A DNA stretch of 63,839 nt, filler included, from Basidiobolus ranarum (lineage: Eukaryota): assembly GCA_040143965.1 (NCBI GenBank). It is 29 parts of 29 records of this genome, joined end to end, with 100 filler letters (N's around TTAATTAATTAA, not from the genome) between each part and the next. Parts side by side here need not be neighbours in the genome. Positions count along the whole stretch, not along the records: positions 37,560 to 39,661 come from JASJQH010003774.1; positions 39,762 to 41,862 come from JASJQH010003775.1; positions 41,963 to 44,063 come from JASJQH010003776.1; positions 44,164 to 46,263 come from JASJQH010003777.1; positions 46,364 to 48,462 come from JASJQH010003778.1; positions 48,563 to 50,660 come from JASJQH010003779.1; 23 more parts are not named here. One strand, 5' to 3'. A program made the position numbers and the translations under genes. Below are positions 38,574 through 50,084 of the stretch, piece by piece. The notes under the pieces are model-generated. The model did not search any database. It saw nothing but the letters and a program-made list of their open reading frames with translations, and was not told where the DNA came from. The first letter of the stretch is position 1; every line of letters starts with the position of its first letter.

Positions 38574-39661
38574 ATGCATCCCAATTTGTTTGAGGTCCAA
38601 ACTAATCTTTTAGAAAAATTCTTTGACAAATATGGTTTTGATGCCAACATTTGTAATTCCCACAATTACGTCTTACAAAAATTTTTATCCAAACTTCAAG
38701 ACAAATTTGGTCAGGACATAAATTTCGTTCCTCCAAAACTAAATTACGTTGATGCAATAATTAAACGTAAAACTTATGAAGGACATTACGAACACGGTAA
38801 TGGCAAAGTAGTCTGCAAAATCCCCCTCTTAAATGACAAAGGCTATTACATCATCAATGGCATCAAACATGTCCCCCTGATTCAAGAATTACAAAATAAT
38901 TTTATTCCCTATGTCTCCCAAGATGATAATGTTGTCTATTGCAAAACTAGGTTCAAGGGAGCCCTCTTACCATTAAGAGTCTGCGTCAAAAACTCTGTCG
39001 ATCTTTATCTAGATGTCTCATCAACTCACAAAGATCTTAATGGAATGAAATATATGTCTGTATATTGGATCCTTAATAATTTTGGTTACAACTTTGGTAA
39101 AATATACAAAATCTTTGCTTTTCTTATTGCCAATAGATATGACTTTAATGCCTTCCTCACCATCTTCCTATCCTCTGTTACAGAATCCAAAAATACCATT
39201 ACCCCCAACAATTTACAAATCTTGGAGTCTAAACATTTCCCGTCACAAGATAAAAGAAATGTTGCATACACACTTGGCTTATTATCATACATGGCCCTTA
39301 TGACTTCCATGGATATTGTTCAGCCTATGGACCAAGACGATTATGGAAACAAAACTGGAAAGGCTTTGAATATTCTTTTAGATCAGATTTTAAATCGCGC
39401 CATTAAGCTATCAGATACAGAAAATTGTCTGCAAACTTGTTTGGATGACAAACTTCTTACCATGCTTAAAGAGGGTCAACAAATTATACACGGAAAAATA
39501 GATTCCAAAATGGTAAACTTAGTCTTGCAAAAATCTGTCACAGATGAAGTCTCTATGGTTAGAAAAATTATCATACCTTGTGACAAGAACACTTCAAATA
39601 TCCATATGCAAGCTATTCATCCCAGCCAGTTGGGATACGGGGGTTTGTGTGAAACCCCAGA
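38574..39661 (+). CDS. Divergent, compact RNA polymerase second-largest subunit (RPB2/beta-like), N-terminal part, virus- or plasmid-like
   Basis: KIP...GYYIINGIKHVPLIQE (cf. GYFIINGSEKVLIAQE), DQDDYGNK (cf. DRDHFGKK), SMVRK...QAIHPSQLGY..LCETP (cf. SHLRR...RQLHNTHWG..CPAETP). No introns. Confidence 0.85.
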
Positions 39662-39761
39662 NNNNNNNNNNNNNNNNNNNNNNNNNNNNNNNNNNNNNNN
39701 NNNNNTTAATTAATTAANNNNNNNNNNNNNNNNNNNNNNNNNNNNNNNNNNNNNNNNNNNN

Positions 39762-40000
39762 CTATTACTTCAGTCCAAGCTATTTACGTCCCAGCTGATG
39801 ATTTGACTGATCCTGCTCCTGCTACCACCTTTGCCCATCTTGACGCCACCACTGTGTTGTCTCGTTCCATTTCCGAGTTAGGTATTTACCCAGCTGTCGA
39901 TCCTCTTGATTCCAAGTCTCGTATGTTGGATCCTCGTATTGTCGGTGAAGAGCATTACGATATCGCCACTGGCGTTCAAAAGATCTTGCAATCATACAAG
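39762..40000 (+). pseudogene. ATP2: Internal fragment of mitochondrial F1-ATPase beta subunit, truncated at a chimeric junction
   Basis: [34 protein letters not shown]...VQKILQSYK. The expected SLQDIIAILG continuation is absent. Confidence 0.9.
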
Positions 40001-41862
40001 GTTCAAAATAATATTATGTTTTCAAATTATATCGATCGTACTTCGTTGGCCACAATTGATTGATGCTGTATATCACAAACATGAATACGTTACTGATCAC
40101 ATCGGATACACGCGTTCGGAGGTTGCTCCTCCAACTGAGGGGAGTATGGTAGATAGTTTTCCTTCGTTAGGAACTCAGAATCTCATTCAACAAACACCAA
40201 CTCCTACTGCTGTTCCTTCCTCAGCATCATTCCAGCCTGGAGACCCTTGTGATACTGGGGAAGAAGCATGTTATGGGGAAAATGGCTATCTTCTGTGTTT
40301 TAACGGAATTTGGGTTTCGGACAACTGTTCTCAAGGATTTTCTTGCGTTGCTGAAACAATTCAAGGAAAAATTAAATGTACATCGGAATCGATTTTTTCC
40401 TCCGACGTTATTATCACAAACACTGAGCAATCAACAGTCTTCCAGACTACTTCTATAAGTTACACGGGCCCCGTTAACCCCCCCGCTACAGAGGCTTCGA
40501 GTTACTACAAGCCCGGTGGACTCTGTAATGAAGGTAATGAGGTATGCTATCCAAGTTTTAGTTATCTGTATTGCTTGGGCTCTGCTTGGTTAGAAGTACA
40601 ATGTGCCAACCCACAACAAACTTGTAGCTACATAGGACCTTATAACATTGAGTGTGTATACACCTCAGGATATACCCGCGAAATTGTCACATATCCTTTT
40701 AGTGTTAATCCCCCAGGCTCAGAAGTAACCTCACTAGTCACCCAAGGTGGACCGTGCAATTCACAAGATGGTATTTGCTACGGCACCAAAGGTGAGTACT
40801 ATCAATGCTATCTTGGAGGATGGCAAGTAGGACAGTGCAATGAAGGATCATCCTGTGCTTATCTACCTGACCTATCTTACTATGCATACTGCGCTGAATC
40901 ATCAGCTATAACATCGTCAATTGTGAGTACACAATCATCTGAATACATCCCTGATATACCAATATCTGGCGGTCCCTGTGTTGAAGGTTACGTGTGCTAT
41001 AATGATGGTATCTTCAGATGTGCACCAGAATCCACTTGGTCATATATAAACTGCCCTTCAGGCAACAAATGCGTACAACAACAATTAACTGCATTTTGCA
41101 CTTCCGAGAGCACCTCATCGTATGTCAGTGGCAGTGAATCTAATATTACATCCACCACTACGAACATTACAGAACCATCATCATTAACAACTTCCACCAT
41201 AGATGCGTCAAATGAATTATCAACGTCCAAATCCTCTTCCATAGAAGTCTCCAGCTTACCTTCTACCTCCCCATCAGCTGCCACTGAGAGTTTCAGTGAA
41301 TCATCGACGATTACTTCCTCTTCCCCCTCTTCGTCGACCGAAAGCTCCAGCGAAACAATGTCAATTGCTTCATCTTCAGAAAGCAGCAGTCTCTCTTCTG
41401 CCGTTTCATCCGCCGAAAGCTCCAGCGAAACAACGTCAACCACTTCGCCTTCAGAAAACTCCAGCCTCTCTTCCACCACTTCATCTGCTGAAAGCTCCAG
41501 CGAAACAACGTCAATTGCTTCATCATCAGAAAGCAGCAGTCTCTCTTCTGCCGTTTCATCCGCCGAAAGTTCCAGCGAAGCAACGTCAACTACTTCATCG
41601 TTAGCAGGCACTGGTCTCTCTGCCACCTCTTCCTCATCCCAAAGCTCCAGCGAAACAACGTCAATTGCTTCATCATTAGAAAGCACCAGTCTCTCCTCCA
41701 CCTCTTCATCAGCCGAAAGCTCCAACGAAACAACGTCAACTACTTCACCATCAGAAAGCCCCAGTCTATCTTCCACCTCTTCATCCACCGAAAGCTCCAG
41801 TGAGCCTACACCCACTTCCTCCACTGAAAGTTCTAACGAATCATCCGCAAATACTTCAATAA
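39999..41862 (+). CDS. Cell-surface mucin-like protein with four 6-Cys modules and a Ser/Thr-rich stalk; start codon apparently lost, 3' end off contig
   Basis: [23 protein letters not shown] resembles a signal peptide. Four G.pC...C...C..g.W....C.....C........C units precede the Ser repeats. Confidence 0.75.
41341..41830 (+). repeat. 75-bp (25-aa) Ser-rich coding tandem repeat with alternating A/B units
   Basis: AAAGCTCCAG-like anchor at 41341, 41416, 41491 and onward. Confidence 0.9.
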
Positions 41863-43199
41863 NNNNNNNNNNNNNNNNNNNNNNNNNNNNNNNNNNNNNN
41901 NNNNNNTTAATTAATTAANNNNNNNNNNNNNNNNNNNNNNNNNNNNNNNNNNNNNNNNNNNNGGATATCAAAAATCCCAACATCGCCCATGCGCAAACGC
42001 CTCACCAGGTAAATACATGGATATAAATATCTGCAATTCCATAGAGGATAACCCATTTTGTTGGATGAAGAACAATTCACTCATGACAACACCGGTTTCG
42101 CTTAGCCTGCAGCAATGTCCAGAGACGGTAGGTTACTTCAATGTAAATACTGCTTTAATATTCTGTGGCAATATTCCATATTAATGCTCAGTGCATAGAT
42201 GATTCAGAATCAGACACAATATTAAGGACGTGAAGTGAGTTTTTGCAGGAGACAGGGTTTGTGAAGTCAACTGACGATACGACATCTGGACGTCAGCATG
42301 ATGCCTAATTAATATGTAGTTGTAGTTCGAGGCTATTATCATTTGCAGTCGTTGTAAGTTCTCTGTTCCTTGCATCATTTCCACCACCAAAGCTTGTCAC
42401 CTGTTGATGTGGGTCCTATACAATGTCGGATTCCCAAGCCCTTTTTTCATGTTGATTTTCTTCTTTTTAGCAATTCTACCCTTAGAAAAGTAGACACGAT
42501 TCACCTCTTTCTAATAGTGCATACTGCTCACTTTTTTGTATCTCAAGTTTCTATATATAAATTGCTTGATGTAAGCTGTTTGCCTGATCAACTGATATCG
42601 ACACTGGTGTTTATTAATATTTGGGTACGTACACCTAACTGATTCTTGTGTTTCCTGCTCGATATAAGCACCACTCCTGGAGAGAGAGTAAAATAGCATT
42701 TCAAGACAAGCAAGGCATTATTCAATGCTTGTCACGGTAGAAAACCATAATATCAATTTATGCTACACATTGGCCTCAGGAGGTTTGAAAGATGATTGGT
42801 TTTACTAAGCCGCAGAGCAATTGTTTGTTATGAGCAATTGACAGTCTCCCATCCCTTGGTTTTACATGCAGAACCCAAAAATCGGATCTGCATATTGGCA
42901 TTGATATATTGGACTTATTAAGCCATATACGCCTTTGCTCAGATCACAATTCAGTTAATAATAGATTCTATTTCGTTTATTTATTGAGTGCTTATCCTTT
43001 GTAAATGCATCTACATACTCTTTGAACTTGCCAATGGAGAATAATAATTAGTATAGAAAGCATAAATAATTGTATGCATGAATAGTGAAGGGGGGAATAT
43101 CAAGTGTCTTGGATAAAGAATGAGGGGCATGTTTCTTTCAGAGGCTTAACTATAGTGACTCAGAAGAAAAGGGGATCGGTTACGATCAAGGGTCAGGCC

Positions 43200-44063
43200 T
43201 CAAATCTGAACAGGCTTATTACCCACAGCACATTTTCTTCGGCGCATATCGTTCTTGGCGTTGTGGGTGAAGATTTTCTCCAGATATTGATCAACATCTG
43301 GTACTTGATGATAACGTAAAGACTCAAAGCACCAGTCAATATGTCCTTTGATCCAGTTCTGGTAAATGAAGATGTGACGTCCAAGCGCATCACATACTTC
43401 CTTGGTGTAATTTTCTTGAGCCCAGGCTTGAAGGGTATCCTGTGTCTTGACGAAATTTTGGATCTCCTCATCCAACATATTGCTAGCTTTATCAGCAGCA
43501 TCTTGGAAGGTGCATTGTAATGAGTTTTGTAATACAATAACCAGGTTATTGATGTCCCCATGCGCATATTCCTTCTCAAAAGAAAATAGATCGTTGGTCC
43601 AGCAGACGATATTGATGATTTCTAAACGTAACTTCTGAAAATCAGAAGATTCATAGATCTCCTTAGGTAATGGTGCTTGTTCGGTGAATTCGATCACTTC
43701 CAAACTCAACAACATCCCACCCGCATCTTGACGATTGCGAATATAGGTTTCAACATCCGGAAACCCTTTAGCTTTACGCATCTCACATTCCTTGAAGTAA
43801 GAGCTAAGGTAACGTGCGAAGTAATGGGATGTACGTTCTTGCAAATCTGGATCAGTAAAGCGACAGTAATCCCGCCATAATTCCGCCAAGGAAAGACAAA
43901 TTGGGGAAGTAAGAACAGCTTGAATTTGGTCTGCATACATGGCTAATGGATCTTCTCGTAGTGAGAAATTGACTGATTTGGTACTCTTACAACTTACAAT
44001 GCTAACCAATTTCGCGACAATTTTCCAAATTGGCGACCGCTTTCGCATACTTTTCATCATCAT
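43200..44063 (-). CDS. Class I terpene cyclase, microbial type (5'-truncated)
   Basis: Effector Arg (RQDAGG), NSE/DTE motif NDLFSFEKE, C-terminal WCFESLRY (WxxxxxRY). DDxxD motif not in the visible frame. Confidence 0.92.
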   Translation of the reverse strand: MMMKSMRKRSPIWKIVAKLVSIVSCKSTKSVNFSLREDPLAMYADQIQAVLTSPICLSLAELWRDYCRFTDPDLQERTSHYFARYLSSYFKECEMRKAKGFPDVETYIRNRQDAGGMLLSLEVIEFTEQAPLPKEIYESSDFQKLRLEIINIVCWTNDLFSFEKEYAHGDINNLVIVLQNSLQCTFQDAADKASNMLDEEIQNFVKTQDTLQAWAQENYTKEVCDALGRHIFIYQNWIKGHIDWCFESLRYHQVPDVDQYLEKIFTHNAKNDMRRRKCAVGNKPVQI

Positions 44064-45621
44064 NNNNNNNNNNNNNNNNNNNNNNNNNNNNNNNNNNNNN
44101 NNNNNNNTTAATTAATTAANNNNNNNNNNNNNNNNNNNNNNNNNNNNNNNNNNNNNNNNNNNNATTAAACCAAACTCACCCCTTTTCTCTTTCGATCCCC
44201 CTGGTATGAAAAGGGTTGCCCATCAAGAAAGAGCCTTTGCAAAATGAGAATTTTGGCTTTGAAGGTAGGTTTAACAACATAAACTTCACCTTTCTATGTC
44301 TATTTAGAAAGAACGCTTTGATTGTAGATAGTGATGAAATATTTGCTCAAATGGCCGATACGTACGAGTTTTTTGCAAATCGCTCTAAAGAAACTGACAC
44401 ACCAGGGTTTGAACACACTTTGTATGTAGTTCAATAATTAGAATTGGACCAGAATTTCTTCCTCATCTATGTATACTCACTTGTAATAGTCAAATTGAAA
44501 GAGAGACGAGGTCTACAAGTAAGCAACCTATGAATACACTTTCCAATAACGCCGCGAGCATCAGTATATCTGCAAGTATTCAAAAACAGCCTAATCCCAG
44601 CAATATGAGAACATTCTCAGGATGTTATTCAAACACAACTGAGGAGTTGAGTTCTACTATATGTACTCCTATCCAGAGTAAAAGCACCAATCTAGACAAG
44701 ACGGTAGATTTAGGAAGCCATACACGCTGCCTTACTCCAACATTGACTATTCCAATCACGTCAAATTTGGGTAGGTCCAAATTTATTTCAGAAGGGATTT
44801 CTACCTCTTCTGTTAGCAACAATGTAAGGAGAGCGGTCGATTCTTTGTCGAACCCAAAAACCCAGAATGGCCCTGGCGCTGAGGGTGAAGCCTCTAGTGG
44901 AGATTCTTTACATTCACATTTACCGTCAAAACAGGGGTCAAAAAGGCAACATGGGCGGAGAGTCCCGTTTTTTCGCCCACCCTTGAAGTAACCATACATA
45001 GTTCATTTTGAAACTTCAATGCTATGAAGTACCTCTTAAATATTAGCACACCATTCCTCAATCGTGGTGGAAATGAGATTCCCTCGTCAGCATTGAAGCC
45101 AATCAAGAAATTGCCAATGACTATCTGTTGAATTTGAAGTTTTCGAACGTAGAAGTACCATTTCAATCTGATGCATTTTGCTCTAACCATACTCGAAACA
45201 AAACCATTCAGTCCATTTTGACGACTAACCATCAATTGGTTACTAAGTGAAGAGGGACCATTTTTTTGTAAATTATTCTTAGAATATATGTTATTCAAAT
45301 TCATTTCCTGCTGGCAATCGCAAACCTGCCTGGCTAATTTATGTTGACTGCACATGAATAATCAATTGTTACGTGACTGCACAATAAGATTGGACTAAAA
45401 TCATCATTAAAATTGTAGTGGTGATCAATAAATGTATACATATATATGTTTGATTATATAAGAGAGGGCTATATATACAATTAGATTGGGAATTTTATAT
45501 GAAGTAGGAGCCGACAGCAATTTAATTAATTTCTGGTAATCAGAAAACCAACTCACGAAAATACTCTAAAGAGGAAGAGTGAAGACTACTCGTTTCTTTC
45601 TTAACTTCCTTAATTTTAAAC

Positions 45622-46152
45622 ATGCATCCAAATAGAACCTTATACAAAGGAAAGAATGTAACTCTAAAATTCACAAATACATGTTTATCCATTTTTCAGC
45701 CACTTTTTGAACAGAACTTGCTTCATTTAACCAAAACTTCAAGACAAGTCGATGTGGAGCTTTATAATCTTCTTGCACTATTATTACGCGATTTTGTTTT
45801 GACTTGGTACGATTCAATATCCCAGGATCCGGAATTCCTTTTAGAAATTGTGTATACCTTTAGTAATATTACGCAAGAAATTGAAAAACGATGTACAAAG
45901 GTATTTACTTGAGTTCTTGATTCCTTTAAATCAATTGTTTTTGGAAAATACTTGTTTTCTAAAAAAGTAACACTTTCCTTCTCTCTCATTTAGATTGATT
46001 GGACTAAACTAATTGTCTATAACTTTGCGAACATATTAAAAAGACATTACCAAGATTTTCGTTTATGCCAAACGAAAGTTGGTACTTCTCAGGTTGGTTA
46101 CGCTTCCTTCGAAACCTTATTTCATGGCATTCAGCCACACTTTGCACTCTCC
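45622..46152 (+). CDS. PXA-domain protein (sorting nexin/Mdm1-like), spliced and truncated
   Basis: LLRDFVLTWYDSISQDPEF, intron at about 45901-45993, then IDWTKLIV...HYQDF...QPHFAL. Confidence 0.8.
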
Positions 46153-46156
46153 ATAG

Positions 46157-46263
46157 CAACGTCTTTCCCAAGAATTAGAAAGGATAACCCGAAGCATTAG
46201 TGAGAAAGAACAAGAGTTGGCTCGGGTAACTCCTGAATATGAGTCTGCTGCCCGAGAGGAATC
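46157..46263 (+). other. Coiled-coil exon fragment resembling SMC3, unrelated to the preceding PXA gene
   Basis: After ATAG it reads QRLSQELERITRSISEKEQELARVTPEYESAAREE. SMC3 resemblance is from memory only. Confidence 0.45.
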
Positions 46264-47692
46264 NNNNNNNNNNNNNNNNNNNNNNNNNNNNNNNNNNNNN
46301 NNNNNNNTTAATTAATTAANNNNNNNNNNNNNNNNNNNNNNNNNNNNNNNNNNNNNNNNNNNNTATTTTGTTGGGACTGAACGCAACCACTGCGTAACAA
46401 TTTGGGAAATGCTTTGATACACTGGTAATGATAGTCACTGTAATATTTCAATCGGTGTTATAAGTTTATTTGGCGTATATTCCAAATTATGGAGCATATG
46501 AATCTATATCACATGATGAAAGTTAGTGAGCCCCTTAATGTCATGACTCACTAAATATAGGAGACAACAATCGTCGTATCTATCTTGGAGCTCAGATTAT
46601 ATTCAGCTGAATCACATAATCTCGATTCGTGAGATAGATAATCTATGGTAGTTCGTTAGGTTTGGCCCCATCCTAACAGGATTCCGTCAAGATGGTTGGG
46701 TTCTTGTAAATTTAGTAGCCTGTGTCACATAGCTAAGCCTGAAGCTATCTCTTAGCCAAATCAATGAAAGTGTGGTAATCAATATACCGAATGGTAGAGC
46801 CCAATTTGGACTGATGGGTTTGGTTTCTAGCTACCGAAAACTGTGAGCACAATAGAGTTTTGTCGCGTATCTGGATTGAAAATCGATGATTTTACATCCA
46901 CCTAGTTGGTTGTTTTATTGTTACAGCATCATGGTTTATACATGGAGTAGATGCTATGGAAGCACTGCATCAGGTGATCAATAAAATATTACTAAACTCG
47001 CGTATAGAAGTTCATCCTTACTGATTCACTATTTTCCATGCAATTTAATAAATTGAGAAATGACGACATAAAGCATTTTCCAACTTTGTGAAAGAGTTTA
47101 TAGACAACTATGTAATGGTACTCAAAATGAAGTAGAGGCAGCTAGACAGAAATTTGAGAAATTTAGACCTTTGTTAGGATTAGTTTATAGGACTATTTAG
47201 TTGAGGGAGAGTGCTGAAATTAGCATTGCCTAAACACCTATATAGTCATATATAGCTCAGTATTTAGTTACCCTATATTCCACTAATATATCATCCATTA
47301 TTCTCAAATGTAAATTACTTAGGATATTTATACCAACTTAGCAATTGTTGGATATATAGATTGTTCAACCTTGTGCTAGAATCTCCAAACTTTGCACACT
47401 TATTCCTGGGACCTTTCTTAGCACATTATATATGTTGGTCTGTTTACCCTTGAAAAAACTATAAATGTCATCTTTCAACTCAATAAATCAATAAGTGAAA
47501 ACCACAAATTTCTCTCATTCTCCATGCCACTTCCAACAAACTCCCAAATACTTCAATAATATTGTCTTTGCAAATAACTGTTTCTTGGCCTTGGATATTT
47601 TTGCTGATATTCACATGGCCTACACATTGATATAGTCATATGTATCTTGCTATTTAGTTATTTCATATTTCACCCAGATATGACTCACTATT

Positions 47693-48462
47693 TGTTGGAG
47701 GATCTTGATATAATGGGGATAAAATTATACACTGCAGGTTATGTATGATAGTGTTTTTAGTTACTTTATTCTTATGAGAATATGGTGACTAATATAGTAG
47801 AGATGTCAATTCACAGTTTGAGATATTCAGGAGTTTGTGTAATAAGAAATAATATATAAATGGGGGTAATAAGACATACTTGTCATATAGATATAGAGAT
47901 ATTCCTATTTCAAGTATAGGGACTATAGATACATTGCTTTCTGTTTCTGATAAATGCATCATAGCTAAAGTTAACTAAGATGTTGAATGAAGATTAATTA
48001 TCCATTGCTTTCCCTTAATTCTTATTCAGCATTGGGCTTATGTTCACTAATGCCTATGCATGCTGTTAACTGTTCATAGCTTGAAGTTGAGTGGTGTTGT
48101 TAGAATATCTGCAAGCATGTTTTCAGTATTGCCATAAATAAAGTTCACTTCTTTGTCTTGAACTTTCTCTTATAAAAATTGATATCTTATGTCTGTTAAA
48201 GTATTTGGGGGTGTGTTGGAAGTAATTTGCAGAATTAGAGCAATTGGTGAAATACACTTATTGATTTATTGAGCAGAAAGTTGACATTTATAGTTTTTTC
48301 AAGATGAAAACAGACTAATGTGTAGAATGTGTTAAGGAAGCTCTCAGGTGTGGGAACACCAAATCCAGCTTATCTGCCAAATTCAAAATGACTGATCTTG
48401 GTGAACTGATGTACAATCTTGGAATCCAAATTAAGATAGATAGAACTACCAAAACAAAACTT
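47693..48462. mobile_element. Nested Copia LTR, RNase H and RT remnants
   Basis: Homologous to 9762-10260 and 31882 onward. FKMTDLGEL segment at about 48380. Confidence 0.7.
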
Positions 48463-48562
48463 NNNNNNNNNNNNNNNNNNNNNNNNNNNNNNNNNNNNNN
48501 NNNNNNTTAATTAATTAANNNNNNNNNNNNNNNNNNNNNNNNNNNNNNNNNNNNNNNNNNNN

Positions 48563-50084
48563 TTGAAATTTTCAGATGGTAAACTTGGTGTAATGAAATT
48601 GCTTAGAAACAGCTTATAATAAATCAAAATTGCCATCCATTACCGGAAATATCTTGTAAATCCCCTGATGACTTGTCTGTGTCACTATCTCAGAATCAGC
48701 TGATGATATTGATGGGCTATACCTAAAATACCACCCTTATGTAAGAGGTAGTCAGTTTTCTACAAAATCCTTCTTATACTGCAACACAAATGTTTAAAGA
48801 AGCCTTGCGATTGTTGTCACTAATCTTGTGCTATCAAGCCAGACGCTTCATAAAAAAATAAATACAAGCATGGTCACTCTACAAAGCCCTCAGCTGCACA
48901 AAGCCAGGTGCATATTAACAGTCATAAGTGCGCAAAAATTGACTTTTGTTTTGCCCACTGAGTCCACTGGCTGTGCTTTGCCTCAAAGTTTTGGTAACAC
49001 TGCCAAAAGTCAAGATACTGTGGAATTACCACAGTTATATGACCAGAATGATGTAGGTGGAAATATAACTTTGGTCAAAACAGTAAGTCCAGACCACCTT
49101 GAGGACATGCTGCCAGATGTTGATCTCAGTGGTTCCAACACCAATTGTTGAATATCAGAAGTTGAAGAAGGAGACAATGGTTTTGTTTGGACTCTTTATT
49201 ATTGGCAAGCATTAGTCCACTCATAATACTTACAGTAAAGGAAGCAGCTTTGATTATTGAGGAGCAGCAAGTTCAAGCCAATCTTAACAGTCAGGTGTTT
49301 ATTGGTTTTCTTACACTTATACCACAGTTAATTTGCAACTGTTGCTTGCCGCAGACCTGCTACAAGTGTAAAAACACCAGTCAATTGTATCACTTAAAAT
49401 CTTTCATTACTTAAACTATCTATGTATCCAAATGGTTGTTTGGCTGTCACTGGTGATCTGAAAAACCTGAAGTCACGTACTGTTTGCACACAATTGGCAA
49501 TTGCTGAATCAGGTAAATATAGTTCATATTTGGCTTACATATCATTGATTCCCTATCTTAAAGTTATGATGAAATCACTCAAATGTAGATCAATGATCCA
49601 AACCAAAGCACTCACTGTAAAGCATATGGTATTAACAATATACATGATGAATATCACTACCAGAATCTGAAAAGTCAAGGTTTCTTTAAGAACATGCATA
49701 ATCATGCTTTTGCATTGGCTCTGAATGGTTTCTCACTAAACAAATATACCATCAGAAAGGCTTACTGGAAATAATTTAATTAACATAATTCTTCCTCCTT
49801 CTGAATGGTGTCAGAGTTATAATATTATGATACTATCCATCCTATCTGGACCTAAATCACCAGTGCTTATAGATAGCATATTGGAGCCTTTGATTACAGA
49901 ATTTGAATGGTTATCTATTGGGTTCAGATGGGAGTATACCTTATAAAAGCTAATATCAGTGTATGTATTGGTGACACTCCTGCCATCAGTAATCTTGGAG
50001 GTTTTTGTGCACACAATGCACTATCATGCTATAGATTTTGTCAAATCAATAGAGTCTACTCTTTCAGGCATATGCATTACTACT
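48563..50084 (+). mobile_element. CMC/EnSpm transposase 5' part (pseudogene)
   Basis: PNGCLA..DLKNLKS.TVC, ALNGF, IGDTPAISNLGGFCAHNALSC.RFC. Cut at HYY by another element end. Confidence 0.82.

Noticed and set aside
38574-39661. Host RPB2/RPA2/RPC2 gene
   Set aside because: Too short between motifs and too divergent for these highly conserved genes. It is also intronless and tightly packed with a non-host-like ORF.
40997-41824. 275-aa acidic minus-strand ORF
   Set aside because: It is the antisense shadow of the Ser-rich repeat.
37560-44063. Apparent cluster of viral RNAP, ATP2, surface protein and terpene cyclase
   Set aside because: These lie on three separate contigs, so the adjacency is not biological.
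44164-44991. Possible spliced 3' end of a host gene
   Set aside because: It has splice-like signals and a Ser/Thr-rich ORF but no recognisable domain or unambiguous exon chain.
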